Source: Candidatus Saccharimonadota bacterium (GTDB taxonomy: Bacteria; Patescibacteriota; Saccharimonadia; Saccharimonadales; UBA10212). From it: DNA of 64,000 bases. This document shows positions 29,696 to 39,047 of the stretch, piece by piece (within the stretch, counting starts at the first letter, position 1; every line of letters begins with the position of its first letter). The stretch lies in NCBI GenBank assembly GCA_016187125.1, contig JACPKF010000001.1, forward strand, positions 169,653 to 233,652. The letters run 5' to 3'. The notes under the pieces were generated by a model. It saw only the letters and a program-made list of their open reading frames with translations. It did no database searches and was not told the DNA's origin. A program made the translations under genes and the position numbers.

Positions 29696-30841
29696 ATGCT
29701 TAGTCAACGACTCGCTAATTTGGAGGAAAGTGCTACTTTGGCCCTGAATGCCAAAGTCAAAGCCCTGCAGGCTAGTGGCCAGACAGTCTATAACCTGACA
29801 GCCGGCGAACCCGATTGTGATACGCCCGCTTATATTCAAAAGAGCGTGGCAAAAGCCCTAGATCAGAACAAATATACCCCTACGGCTGGACTGCCGGCAC
29901 TCAGATATGCCATAGCCAACTCAGCCCGTGGTTTTTACACAGCCAAATGGATAACGGAAGATAACATCGTCGTAACAGCCGGAGCCAAACCGGCGCTTTT
30001 TGCTATCTTCCAAGTCCTGCTTGATCCCGGGGATGAGGTAATCATTCCATCTCCGTCCTGGGTAAGTTACAAACGTCAGGTGGAACTGGCCGGTGGCGCA
30101 GTCGTGGAAGTTCCCTTGCGCAAAAATTTTGATTTGGATGCTAAGGCCATAGCTAAAAAAATTAGTCCTAGAACAAAAATAGTTTTAATTAATTCACCGC
30201 ACAACCCGACCGGTTTGGTTTTTTCGGCGCGCGAGATAGCCAAACTAGCTCGAGTAGTCAAAGATAAGCCAATATTTGTCTTATCCGATGATATTTATGC
30301 CCGCCTAGTTTACGGCGATGATTATTCGCCGATTACGACTCAGCCATTTAATAAAGATCGGCTAGTTATTATTAACGGTTTTTCCAAAAGCCAGGCCTTG
30401 ACCGGCTGGCGTATAGGTTACTTGATTGCGCCACCGGCGGTGGCGACAGCTGTCGCACAGTTACTCAGCCACACTTTTGGCAACGCTCCCCTCCCCAGCC
30501 AAAATGCCGCTTTGAGTGCTCTCGCCGGCGGCGACCAGCCGCCGATGCTAAAGGATTTAACACGTTGACGGAAGCTAGTATCAAAAGCCTTAGCCAAAAT
30601 TCCTAAAATAAAGTTTAGCCAACCGGGCGGTGCTTTTTACTTTTTTATTGATATTCGCCAGCTAACACACGACAGCCAAACTTGGTGCGAACAGTTATTA
30701 AAAGAGGGGCAGGTCGCTCTTGTGCCGGGGGAGGCTTTTGGAGCTCCTGGTTTTGTACGACTGAGCTTCGCAGCCAGCGACAAGACTTTAGTTGATGGAA
30801 TTAAAAATTTGCGGGAGTTTGTTATGAAGGAAGCCTCTTGA
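29696..30841 (+). pseudogene. aspC: Aspartate aminotransferase (class I/II) interrupted by an in-frame TGA at 30566-30568
   Basis: GEPD, NSPHNPTG, DDIY and NGFSK..TGWRIG motifs; the frame continues past the TGA (RKLV...PGGAFY...PGEAFG...RLSFA) to a TGA overlapping the ppcA start. Confidence 0.85.
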
Positions 30842-32346
30842 GACAAATTCCGGCTACAATGGCCACCCAACATCCTGATAACGCCAACGCGCCCAAGTGG
30901 AAGTCCGATGGCCAGCCCTTTATTGGCTTGTATGACGAGCTCTATGAGGCTTTAGAGTCCTTTATTAACCTTGACATACCTGAATTCATGTGGGACTGGG
31001 AGGGCAAACATGCCGACAGCGCTGTGGTCGATAAATTACTCAGCAACTACCATAGCTATTTTGCCAAACATAAACTTGGCAAAGACCGATATTTAACATT
31101 TCGCATTCCTAATATCTGGCAAGAAAAGGGCTATAGTCTCTTGCAGGCTATGACCGTCATTTTAACCAGCGAGGATTATGCACGCGACCTCAAATTCGGC
31201 CAGCGTCCACTTTTTGAAGTCATCCTGCCTATGACAAGCTCAGCCAAACAGCTCATGCATATGCATGAGCTGTTTGGCCAACTGGCTAATTTTAAGTCTG
31301 AAGTCTTTAACGGCAGCCATAAAAATAATGACCAGTTGGAGCTAATTCCTTTAGTAGAGAGTGTGGCCAGTCAGCAAACTATCGGTCAACTACTGAACGA
31401 GTATTTGAAACTTTACAAGTCAAAATTTGGCAAATCTCCAGCTTATATCAGGCCGTTTTTGGCTCGTTCCGACCCAGCCCTGGTTTCCGGTTTGATTGCT
31501 ACTGTACTGGCTAATAAAACCGGCCTTTCGCAGGTTTATGAATTTTCTAAGCGCTGGCATATCGCCGTTTATCCAATTGCCGGAGTCGGCAGCCTGCCTT
31601 TCCGCGGCGGGTTGTCGCCTTCAAGCGCCAGTTCATATGCCGCGCAGTACCCCGGGCTTAGAACGGTTACCATCCAGTCGTCTTTCCGCTACGATCATTC
31701 AACCGCTGAAGTTAAAAGAGCCATCAAGACTCTGGCTCAAGATCTGCCGAGATCTAAACCGCACATAATCACCGGAGCCGATCAGAAACTGCTAGACAGA
31801 ATCATTCATAAAGCTTCTGAGCTATATAGATCTACACTTAAAGATATTATAAAAGACATGGAGCCCCTGTTTGAAGCCGTCCCGAGGCGGCGTGAGCGCC
31901 GTCAGCATATCGGACTGCTTGCCTATAGCCGATCAGCAGGTCCCTTGCATTTACCGCGGGCTATAACCTTCACGGCTGCTTTTTATAGCCTTGGCGTTCC
32001 TCCGGAACTCATTGGCAGCGGTCGGTTGCTTGAGAGTCTTTCTGGTGCTCAGTTAGATCTTTTGTTAAGACACTATCCAACACTTCCTAGTGACCTCCAA
32101 AAAGCCGGACACTACTTCAGCCAGAACAACTTGGCAGTTTTAGCAAAACGTAATAAGTCATGGCAGCAGCTAAGCCAAGATGTTAAAGCCATTGAACGAA
32201 TTTTGGGCATCAGGCTTGGACCGCGCACCAACGATGAAATATCCCACGTTAATCTATCGGCCAATGTCTTCCCAACTAAGAAAAACCCCCGTAAATTGTC
32301 GGCTCTTATAGACGAATTGGCACAACTGCGCCGCAGTTTAGGCTAG
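30838..32346 (+). CDS. ppcA: Archaeal-type phosphoenolpyruvate carboxylase
   Basis: MATQHPDNA, MWDWEGK, RPFLARSDPA, GSLPFRG and LPRAITF motifs; 502 aa. Confidence 0.93.
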   Translation: MRQIPATMATQHPDNANAPKWKSDGQPFIGLYDELYEALESFINLDIPEFMWDWEGKHADSAVVDKLLSNYHSYFAKHKLGKDRYLTFRIPNIWQEKGYSLLQAMTVILTSEDYARDLKFGQRPLFEVILPMTSSAKQLMHMHELFGQLANFKSEVFNGSHKNNDQLELIPLVESVASQQTIGQLLNEYLKLYKSKFGKSPAYIRPFLARSDPALVSGLIATVLANKTGLSQVYEFSKRWHIAVYPIAGVGSLPFRGGLSPSSASSYAAQYPGLRTVTIQSSFRYDHSTAEVKRAIKTLAQDLPRSKPHIITGADQKLLDRIIHKASELYRSTLKDIIKDMEPLFEAVPRRRERRQHIGLLAYSRSAGPLHLPRAITFTAAFYSLGVPPELIGSGRLLESLSGAQLDLLLRHYPTLPSDLQKAGHYFSQNNLAVLAKRNKSWQQLSQDVKAIERILGIRLGPRTNDEISHVNLSANVFPTKKNPRKLSALIDELAQLRRSLG

Positions 32347-32373
32347 TTTTATCTTTAATTGGCTCCTGACTAT

Positions 32374-33456
32374 CTAGCGTTGGATATAGTCCTTAGCCAC
32401 TAGTAGTTCGGCCATTAAGATAGCACCCCCGGCGGCTCCGCGAATAGTATTGTGCGACAAGGTCACGAACTGCCAGTCAAAATATTTATCTTCCCGGAGT
32501 CTTCCCATAGTAATCGCCATACCGTTTTCTAGATCTCGATCTAGAGCTGTTTGCGGCCGGTCCTCATCCGGCAAATAATGGATAAGCTGCTGGGGCGCTG
32601 ATGGTAGCTTGAGCGGCGCCAAAGGATTTTTAAAATTTTTAAGTCTACCAAGAATTTGCTGTTTGGTCGGGTTTTTCTTGAATTTAACAGCCACGCTGGC
32701 CAGGTGGCCATCGGTTACAGGTATCCGAACGCAGACTGCCGAAATAGATGGTATGTTGGCCAACTTAATTGTGCCGCCACTTAACTTGCCCCAGATTTTC
32801 ATGGGTTCTTTCTCCGACTTATCTTCTTCGCCGCCGATGAACGGAATAACGTTATCAATCATTTCCGGCCAAGTCTTAAAGTTTTTTCCGGCACCAGATA
32901 TGGCCTGCAAGCTAGTAGCAGCCACTCGAGTTGGTGAAAATTCTTTGAGCGCCGTTAAGATCGAAACATAAGATTGAATCGAACAGTTTGGCTTAACAGC
33001 AATTAAACCAGTTGTCCAGTTCCTACTTTTGCGCTGCATGTCAATCAGCTTGATGTGGCTGGGGTTTACTTCGGGCATAAGCATTGGCACATCCGGCGTC
33101 CAACGATGAGCTGAGTTGTTGGAAATGACGGCGATGCCAGCCCCGGCGTAGGCAATTTCAATTTTTTTTATGGCCTCCTTATCCATGTCCAGGGCACAGA
33201 AAATCACATCCACTTCTTTGGCAATTTGATCAAAATCAGCTTCTACGGCTCTAACTACCAGATTTTCAAGCTTTTTAGGTACAGGCTTGTTCATGGACCA
33301 ACGTCCAGCCACGGCTGCTTTATAAGACTTTCCGGCGGAGCGCGGTGAGGCCGCGACCGTCACTACTTCAAACCAAGGATGCTCGGCCAGTAAGCTAATG
33401 AAGCGCTGACCGACCATGCCGGTAGCTCCCAAAACGCCAGCTCTGAGTTTTTTCAC
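32374..33456 (-). CDS. asd: Aspartate-semialdehyde dehydrogenase
   Basis: GATGMVGQ, PNCS, QAISGAG and HNTIRGAAG motifs. Confidence 0.96.
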   Translation of the reverse strand: MKKLRAGVLGATGMVGQRFISLLAEHPWFEVVTVAASPRSAGKSYKAAVAGRWSMNKPVPKKLENLVVRAVEADFDQIAKEVDVIFCALDMDKEAIKKIEIAYAGAGIAVISNNSAHRWTPDVPMLMPEVNPSHIKLIDMQRKSRNWTTGLIAVKPNCSIQSYVSILTALKEFSPTRVAATSLQAISGAGKNFKTWPEMIDNVIPFIGGEEDKSEKEPMKIWGKLSGGTIKLANIPSISAVCVRIPVTDGHLASVAVKFKKNPTKQQILGRLKNFKNPLAPLKLPSAPQQLIHYLPDEDRPQTALDRDLENGMAITMGRLREDKYFDWQFVTLSHNTIRGAAGGAILMAELLVAKDYIQR

Positions 33457-34532
33457 GGCTGTTTCCCCTTAGCTACTGACTTAGTACTTAACGTAGCCTG
33501 CAGGACATCGCTAAACACCCCCCCGGCCGTAACCTCCACGCCGGCACCAGGGCCTTTAATAACCAGTGGATTTTTTAAATAACGCCTAGTTTTAAAAACA
33601 ATAATGTTATCTGGACCCTGCAAGCTGCCAATTTCCGAAATTTTTGGAACTGCCTCCAACCCGACACGACAACCGCCTTTGTCAATTGAAGCCACAAAGC
33701 GCAGAACCTTGCCACTTTTTTGAGCCGCTTTCATTTTGGCCTGGTAGGGTGTATCTAACTGCCTAAGCTGCTTTAAAAAATCATCACTCGATAACTTGTC
33801 CATGGATTTTGGGTAAAGTCTTTGCAATCTTACATCAGCTAGCTCTAGTTTGCGCCCCAGTAAACGGGCCAGAATCAGCACTTTTCTGGCAACGTCAATA
33901 CCGGAAAGGTCGTCACGGGGATCGGGTTCGGTAAAACCAAGCTTCTTAGCCTGCAATACGGCTCCAGAAAAAGGTCGGCCGTCTTCCAGTTGCCAAAATA
34001 TAAATCCCAGAGTCCCGCTAAAACAGCCCCGCAAGGCAATGACCTCATCACCGCTTGCCAGAAGCATTTTTAAAGTCTGAATTACCGGCAATCCCGCTCC
34101 TACGGTTGTTTCATAAAATAGTCGTTGACCGCCAAGACTGCGCAATTTGTCAAACTGAGCTTGGGAGCCTGAAATCGGTTTTTTGTTGGACAAAACAACT
34201 GACCCTCCCCTTTTTAGGGCTTGCTTCAGCAAGGGCAGCATATGTTCTGAGGCCGTGGTATCAATCAAAATAAAAGGCTGAGGTATAAGCTTAAGGCACC
34301 TCGGGATGTCGGCTTTGACTTCAGCAGCTGGAAAACTATCCAGTTGAGAGTTGGATAAGCCCTGGGCCTTAAAAATATCCGCCTCGGCTGTGAACAGACC
34401 GCAGTAAACAAGATCAACTCCGTAACTGGCTTTTATAAACTTCCGGCGTTGCCTAATTTGCCTGACCACGGCACTGCCGACGTTACCGACACCTACATGT
34501 AGTAAGTAGTATTTCTTTAGTGGAGTTTTCAT
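33453..34532 (-). CDS. hom: Homoserine dehydrogenase
   Basis: GVGNVG, NKK, YETTVGAGLP, TEPDPRDDLSGIDVARK and GPGAG motifs. Confidence 0.94.
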   Translation of the reverse strand: MKTPLKKYYLLHVGVGNVGSAVVRQIRQRRKFIKASYGVDLVYCGLFTAEADIFKAQGLSNSQLDSFPAAEVKADIPRCLKLIPQPFILIDTTASEHMLPLLKQALKRGGSVVLSNKKPISGSQAQFDKLRSLGGQRLFYETTVGAGLPVIQTLKMLLASGDEVIALRGCFSGTLGFIFWQLEDGRPFSGAVLQAKKLGFTEPDPRDDLSGIDVARKVLILARLLGRKLELADVRLQRLYPKSMDKLSSDDFLKQLRQLDTPYQAKMKAAQKSGKVLRFVASIDKGGCRVGLEAVPKISEIGSLQGPDNIIVFKTRRYLKNPLVIKGPGAGVEVTAGGVFSDVLQATLSTKSVAKGKQP

Positions 34533-35932
34533 GGCTTGGCTAAATGAAATTCTTGATGAATGCTATTGACGGCTTTTTTGGTGTTGGCCTGCTTAATAAC
34601 CAGTGAGATATTGCGTTCTGAGGAGCCTTGGGCGATGGCTATGATGTTAACACCACTGTTGCCCAGCGCCGAGAATATTTTGCCGGCAATACCAGGATGA
34701 CCTCTCATGCCTTCGCCAACGACTGCTAAGATCGCCAATTTCTCTTCCAGTCTAACGGTTTCAATCAACTTTAACTTAACTTCCGGCTCAAAAGTCTCTT
34801 GCAAAATCCGGACGGCTCTTTGGCCGTCATCGGCCGCCACCACAAAGGAAATATTATACTCAGATGAAGCTTGTGATATAAATAGCACGTTAATATTTTG
34901 GGCAGCAATCGCGCCAAAAACTTTGGCCGCCACACCCGGAACTCCTATCATGCCTTTGCCCTGAACTGTGATCAGACTAAGATCGCCGATGGTGGCAATG
35001 GCTTTACCGCTATGAGAATTCCTGCTTATCTGCTCAGAGATTTTAGTGCCGGGTGCTTTAGGATTAAAGCTATTTTTTATTAGGATCGGTATTTGCTTAA
35101 GGGCCGCCGGAACCATAGTCAGCGGATGAAGAACTTTGGCCCCAAAATAAGAAAGCTCGGCCGCTTCGTTGTAAGATAGCCGCCTAAGGGTATGAGCCTG
35201 CTTAACGACTGCCGGGTCAGCTGTCATGACTCCGTCAACATCCGTCCAAATCCAGACCTCTTCAGCGCCTAAACAATAGCCTAAAATAGTCGCCGAATAA
35301 TCGGAGCCGCCGCGTCCTAAAGTTGTAATAATTCCATCACTGGTCGAGCCGATATAACCAGTTACAACCGGCGTCACGGATCTCTTAAGCAGTGGCATAA
35401 TAGCCTTTTTAGCTAGTTTTTCAGATTCTTCAAGCAATGGTCGGGCCGCGCCAAATTGGTCGGTAGTTCGAATAAAACTACTGGCCTCCAGAGCTTCAGC
35501 CTTTAGGCCGGCTTGCCTAATCGCCTCGGTCACCAGATGAATACTCAGACGCTCACCGTGACATAAAATCGCGTCTAAAGCTCTTGGACTAAGCTCGCCG
35601 ATTATGTAAACACTGCTTAAGAGTTGCTCTAACTCCTCAAATTTGACATTAATAACTTCAAGCAGGGCTTGCTCGTGAGGTTTGGTAAGTCCTAAGCCAG
35701 AAATTGCCTCCAGATGAAGTCGACGGAGTTGTTTCAGGTTTCGGTTCATTGAAGTACGTTTTTTCTTAGCAGCCGACTCGGCTGATGCCACAAGCAAATC
35801 GGTAACTTTGTTCATAGCCGATACTACAACCACTACCGGACGAGTTTTTTGCCATGAGGCAACGATCTTAGCTACCGCCTGAATTCGTTGAGCATTACCG
35901 ATTGATGTCCCACCGAATTTCATGACTATCAT
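34529..35932 (-). CDS. lysC: Aspartokinase with two ACT domains
   Basis: MKFGGTS, TTLGRGGSD, WTDVDG and FGAKVLHP motifs. Confidence 0.94.
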   Translation of the reverse strand: MIVMKFGGTSIGNAQRIQAVAKIVASWQKTRPVVVVVSAMNKVTDLLVASAESAAKKKRTSMNRNLKQLRRLHLEAISGLGLTKPHEQALLEVINVKFEELEQLLSSVYIIGELSPRALDAILCHGERLSIHLVTEAIRQAGLKAEALEASSFIRTTDQFGAARPLLEESEKLAKKAIMPLLKRSVTPVVTGYIGSTSDGIITTLGRGGSDYSATILGYCLGAEEVWIWTDVDGVMTADPAVVKQAHTLRRLSYNEAAELSYFGAKVLHPLTMVPAALKQIPILIKNSFNPKAPGTKISEQISRNSHSGKAIATIGDLSLITVQGKGMIGVPGVAAKVFGAIAAQNINVLFISQASSEYNISFVVAADDGQRAVRILQETFEPEVKLKLIETVRLEEKLAILAVVGEGMRGHPGIAGKIFSALGNSGVNIIAIAQGSSERNISLVIKQANTKKAVNSIHQEFHLAKP

Positions 35933-36081
35933 AGCTATGTTCCGTTTAGCTTAAGCACTTCACCTCCAAATTTGCAAAGTCTAGCCAATTATAGCACCGG
36001 CTTTATACTTATTTACAGTCCAGAGGCCAAATTATACATAAAAAAGTCTCTTGGGTGTTCTTTGTTTTATTTGATAGTACT

Positions 36082-36753
36082 TTATAATAACTGCTCTATT
36101 AAAGCAAGAAAGTTATCTACAGCCATATTCTGGCTAATTTTTTGCCGAGGAATAATTACGTCTGCATAGCGCCGGTAGCGGCGACTACGTTGCTCGAGCA
36201 ATTTAGGATAGCAGCGCGCCAGCGTCTGCATGTCCGTCTCGCCTTCATTAGGCCTAAAAACATCCCCGAACACAACCGGCTTGGGTTTTCTCATATAGAG
36301 TTTGAACATCTGCTGCTTCATATCGCTGGTAGCCTCAATGTAAACCATTAAGGCAGATTGTCTTAGCCTTGAGCAGGTTTGATCATCAAGATGAGCAAAA
36401 CTACCGGTTGTGTCTATAACCGTATTGTCCAGGTCGGCATTTTTGATTGCAGCCAGGATTTTATGCAGACCCTTTTTTTCAGCCTCTAAATATTTTTGTT
36501 GATTGGCGGCAAATCTTTTATCGTAAGGCTGGCCCATCCAGCGCGATACGTCCTCAATGCCACTGTAGCCTAGTTTTTTTAGTTCACGGCCTAGTTGCTG
36601 CTCAATCAGATCATCACAGTTTAGATGTTTAAAACCTAGCGCGGCCAGTCGCCTTGACCAGTAGGTTTTACCAGTATTGGACATTCCGATAAAACACACC
36701 ACCAATTTATTTTCTTTCAGCAATTGCTGGAATTGTTTCCCTGTCGTCCTCAT
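36082..36753 (-). CDS. Shikimate-kinase-like P-loop kinase (candidate homoserine kinase)
   Basis: IGMSNTGKT P-loop, CDDLIE, IDTTGS and R..RY..YAD; lies between lysC and thrC. Confidence 0.65.
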   Translation of the reverse strand: MRTTGKQFQQLLKENKLVVCFIGMSNTGKTYWSRRLAALGFKHLNCDDLIEQQLGRELKKLGYSGIEDVSRWMGQPYDKRFAANQQKYLEAEKKGLHKILAAIKNADLDNTVIDTTGSFAHLDDQTCSRLRQSALMVYIEATSDMKQQMFKLYMRKPKPVVFGDVFRPNEGETDMQTLARCYPKLLEQRSRRYRRYADVIIPRQKISQNMAVDNFLALIEQLL

Positions 36754-36847
36754 ATATTTGTAGCTAATATACACTTTTTCTGGTAAGTGAGAAACAGATA
36801 GATCAAGTTATCTAGCTTCACGGGCCTGCCGGGATTATAATTGACGG

Positions 36848-38188
36848 ATGGCTAAAATCCATTTTTGGCATGAATGTATCAGCTGCAGTGCTAAGCAAGC
36901 AGCCGATAAATTTTATTACACTTGCCCGGATTGCGGAGGATTGCTTCTTGTCAAACGCAATGAAAACTATCTCAAAAAATTGATTGGCACCGGCAAAAAA
37001 GCTCGAGACCATTTTGATCAACTAAGATACGGCGTCGAGCGAAAAATCTACCCTAATGATTCTGGTGTCTGGCTTTGGCGAGATTTCTTGCTGCCGGGTT
37101 TTCCAAAGAAGCAGATAATTTCATTAAAAGAGGGTCAAACAGACTTATTTGAAACTCCGCGCTGGCTTAAAAAAGAATTTGGACTTAAAGATCTCTTCAT
37201 CAAGCTAGAGGGCCAAGCTCCATCGGAAAGTTTTAAAGACCGCGGCATGACAGTTGCCATATCCGATGTTCTGCGACTCAAACAGCAAAATCCAAAGTTA
37301 GGCATCATAGGAGTTTCCTGCGCCTCAACCGGCGATACATCAGCTTCGGCAGCTGTCTATTCGGCCTATGTCCGCGATCAGCTAAGTTGCCTGGTGCTGG
37401 TTCCGGCGCAAAAAATTGCCGATTCTCAACTATTTCAGGTAATGGCTCACGGAGCGAAAGTGAGAGCTATCGAACACCCCGATGGCTTTGACGCCTGCAT
37501 GAAAATTGTTCAGCAGTTCAGCGCCAAACACCCGGAACTAATACTAGTCAATAGCAAAAATGATATGCGCCTAGTCGGGCAAGAAGCCATCGGGCTGGAG
37601 ATCCTGCAAGATCTGTCTTGGCAAGCGCCCGATTGGATTGCTATTCCGGTTGGCAATGGGGGTAATCTTGCGGCTCTGCTAAGCAGTCTAAGCAGGGCGA
37701 AAGAGTTTGGGCTTATTAATAAGCTGCCGGGCATTATTGTCGGACAGACAGCGGCTGCCGATACTCTCGTTCGCTGGAGCGAGACTGGATATAAGTCTTA
37801 CCGCCCTGGCAAATTTAAGGCTACCGTGGCCAGCGCCATGAACATCAATGACCCGGTGAGCTTTCCCAGAATAAAATACTTTATGGATCAGTTTAATATC
37901 CATTTTTACCGCGTCAGCGAGCCTCAAATCTTAAAAAGGTGGGCCCAGTTTACTGGGGCTGGAGCCAATATTTGCCCGCAAAGTGCTGTGGCCCTTGACG
38001 CCGTCGTCCAAGCCCGAACAAAAAACATCATCAAAGCCCAAGATACCGTAGTCAGCGTATCCACAGCTTCGGCGGTTAAATTCGCTGAAACTGGCGTTGG
38101 TTATCATAAAACCGCCAGTGTTAAAGATTTTGCCAATCCTTATGTAAAAGTTAAAGGCACTTTAGAAGACTTAGAAAAATCCCTTTAA
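36848..38188 (+). CDS. thrC: Threonine synthase
   Basis: CxxC N-terminus, SFKDRG (PLP lysine), CASTGDTS and PVGNGGN motifs. Confidence 0.94.
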   Translation: MAKIHFWHECISCSAKQAADKFYYTCPDCGGLLLVKRNENYLKKLIGTGKKARDHFDQLRYGVERKIYPNDSGVWLWRDFLLPGFPKKQIISLKEGQTDLFETPRWLKKEFGLKDLFIKLEGQAPSESFKDRGMTVAISDVLRLKQQNPKLGIIGVSCASTGDTSASAAVYSAYVRDQLSCLVLVPAQKIADSQLFQVMAHGAKVRAIEHPDGFDACMKIVQQFSAKHPELILVNSKNDMRLVGQEAIGLEILQDLSWQAPDWIAIPVGNGGNLAALLSSLSRAKEFGLINKLPGIIVGQTAAADTLVRWSETGYKSYRPGKFKATVASAMNINDPVSFPRIKYFMDQFNIHFYRVSEPQILKRWAQFTGAGANICPQSAVALDAVVQARTKNIIKAQDTVVSVSTASAVKFAETGVGYHKTASVKDFANPYVKVKGTLEDLEKSL

Positions 38189-38238
38189 GATAGATTATTG
38201 GCTATAAAAATTTTAGTTATAAGATAGACGTCACTGGT

Positions 38239-38955
38239 CTATATATTGCTCGCCCCAAGCAAACTGCCGATACTAAAGGTGATAATCATAGCTATTAAGC
38301 CCCCAGAGACAACTCTGGCGATGGCTGGCAAGACCGGGGCTTTGCCAACTTTAGCGCTAAGTGTACCAGTGATAATAAGAGCCATGACAACTGATGTAAA
38401 CGCTATCGGTATGCGCATATTGGCCGGCGGCACAGTAATGGCAATTAATGGAACAGCGGCTCCAGCCAAAAACGATGCGGTCGAGGCAATGGCTGCCTGC
38501 CAGGGGTTAACCAGCTCATCCGGGTCTATGCTATGCTCAGCATCGGCATGAGCCATAAAGACATCGCGGTCTGTCAGTTCGCTGGCTACCTTTTTGGCGG
38601 TGGCTTGGGTTAAGCCTTTATCCTGGTAGAGCTTTACCAGCTCATGAAGTTCATCTTTGGGATAGTTTTTGAGCTCAAATTTTTCTTGGTGCAGCAGGGC
38701 CCGCTCCGTGTCGCGTTGACTGCTAACCGACACGTACTCGCCGGCCGCCATTGATATGGCACCAGCGATCAGACCAGCTAAACCAGCGGTTAAAATAACC
38801 ACTTTGGAATCAGTAGCCCCGGCGACGCCAACCACCAGACCAGAAATAGAAACTATACCGTCATTGGCTCCCAGTACCGCGGCCCGCAGTTTGTTTAGTT
38901 TGGGGCCGATGTTTTGGCTATGGTCCTCATAGAGTTCATGTTTATTTTGAGTCAT
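38239..38955 (-). CDS. VIT1/CCC1 family Fe/Mn transporter
   Basis: LRAAVLGANDGIVS and SMAAGEYVSVSSQ motifs. Confidence 0.93.
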   Translation of the reverse strand: MTQNKHELYEDHSQNIGPKLNKLRAAVLGANDGIVSISGLVVGVAGATDSKVVILTAGLAGLIAGAISMAAGEYVSVSSQRDTERALLHQEKFELKNYPKDELHELVKLYQDKGLTQATAKKVASELTDRDVFMAHADAEHSIDPDELVNPWQAAIASTASFLAGAAVPLIAITVPPANMRIPIAFTSVVMALIITGTLSAKVGKAPVLPAIARVVSGGLIAMIITFSIGSLLGASNI

Positions 38956-39047
38956 ATTAACAACTGCCTATTTTAGAGATAGCTAATCAAGCCGTCAACA
39001 CCGACCTCGTTGAAAGATGATTAGATGCAACTACCACCTGTAGTTTT

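Noticed and set aside
29696-30841. Genetic code 25 (TGA=Gly) or selenocysteine recoding
   Set aside because: TGA is the genuine stop of purC, prs, pyrE, aclB and leuS. Long Gly-rich genes have no internal TGA, and the aspC position corresponds to Arg.
38971-39022. Possible displaced thrC 3' end after the VIT1 gene
   Set aside because: Similarity (ANQAVNTDLVER versus ANPYVKVKGTLEDLEK) is too weak to support.
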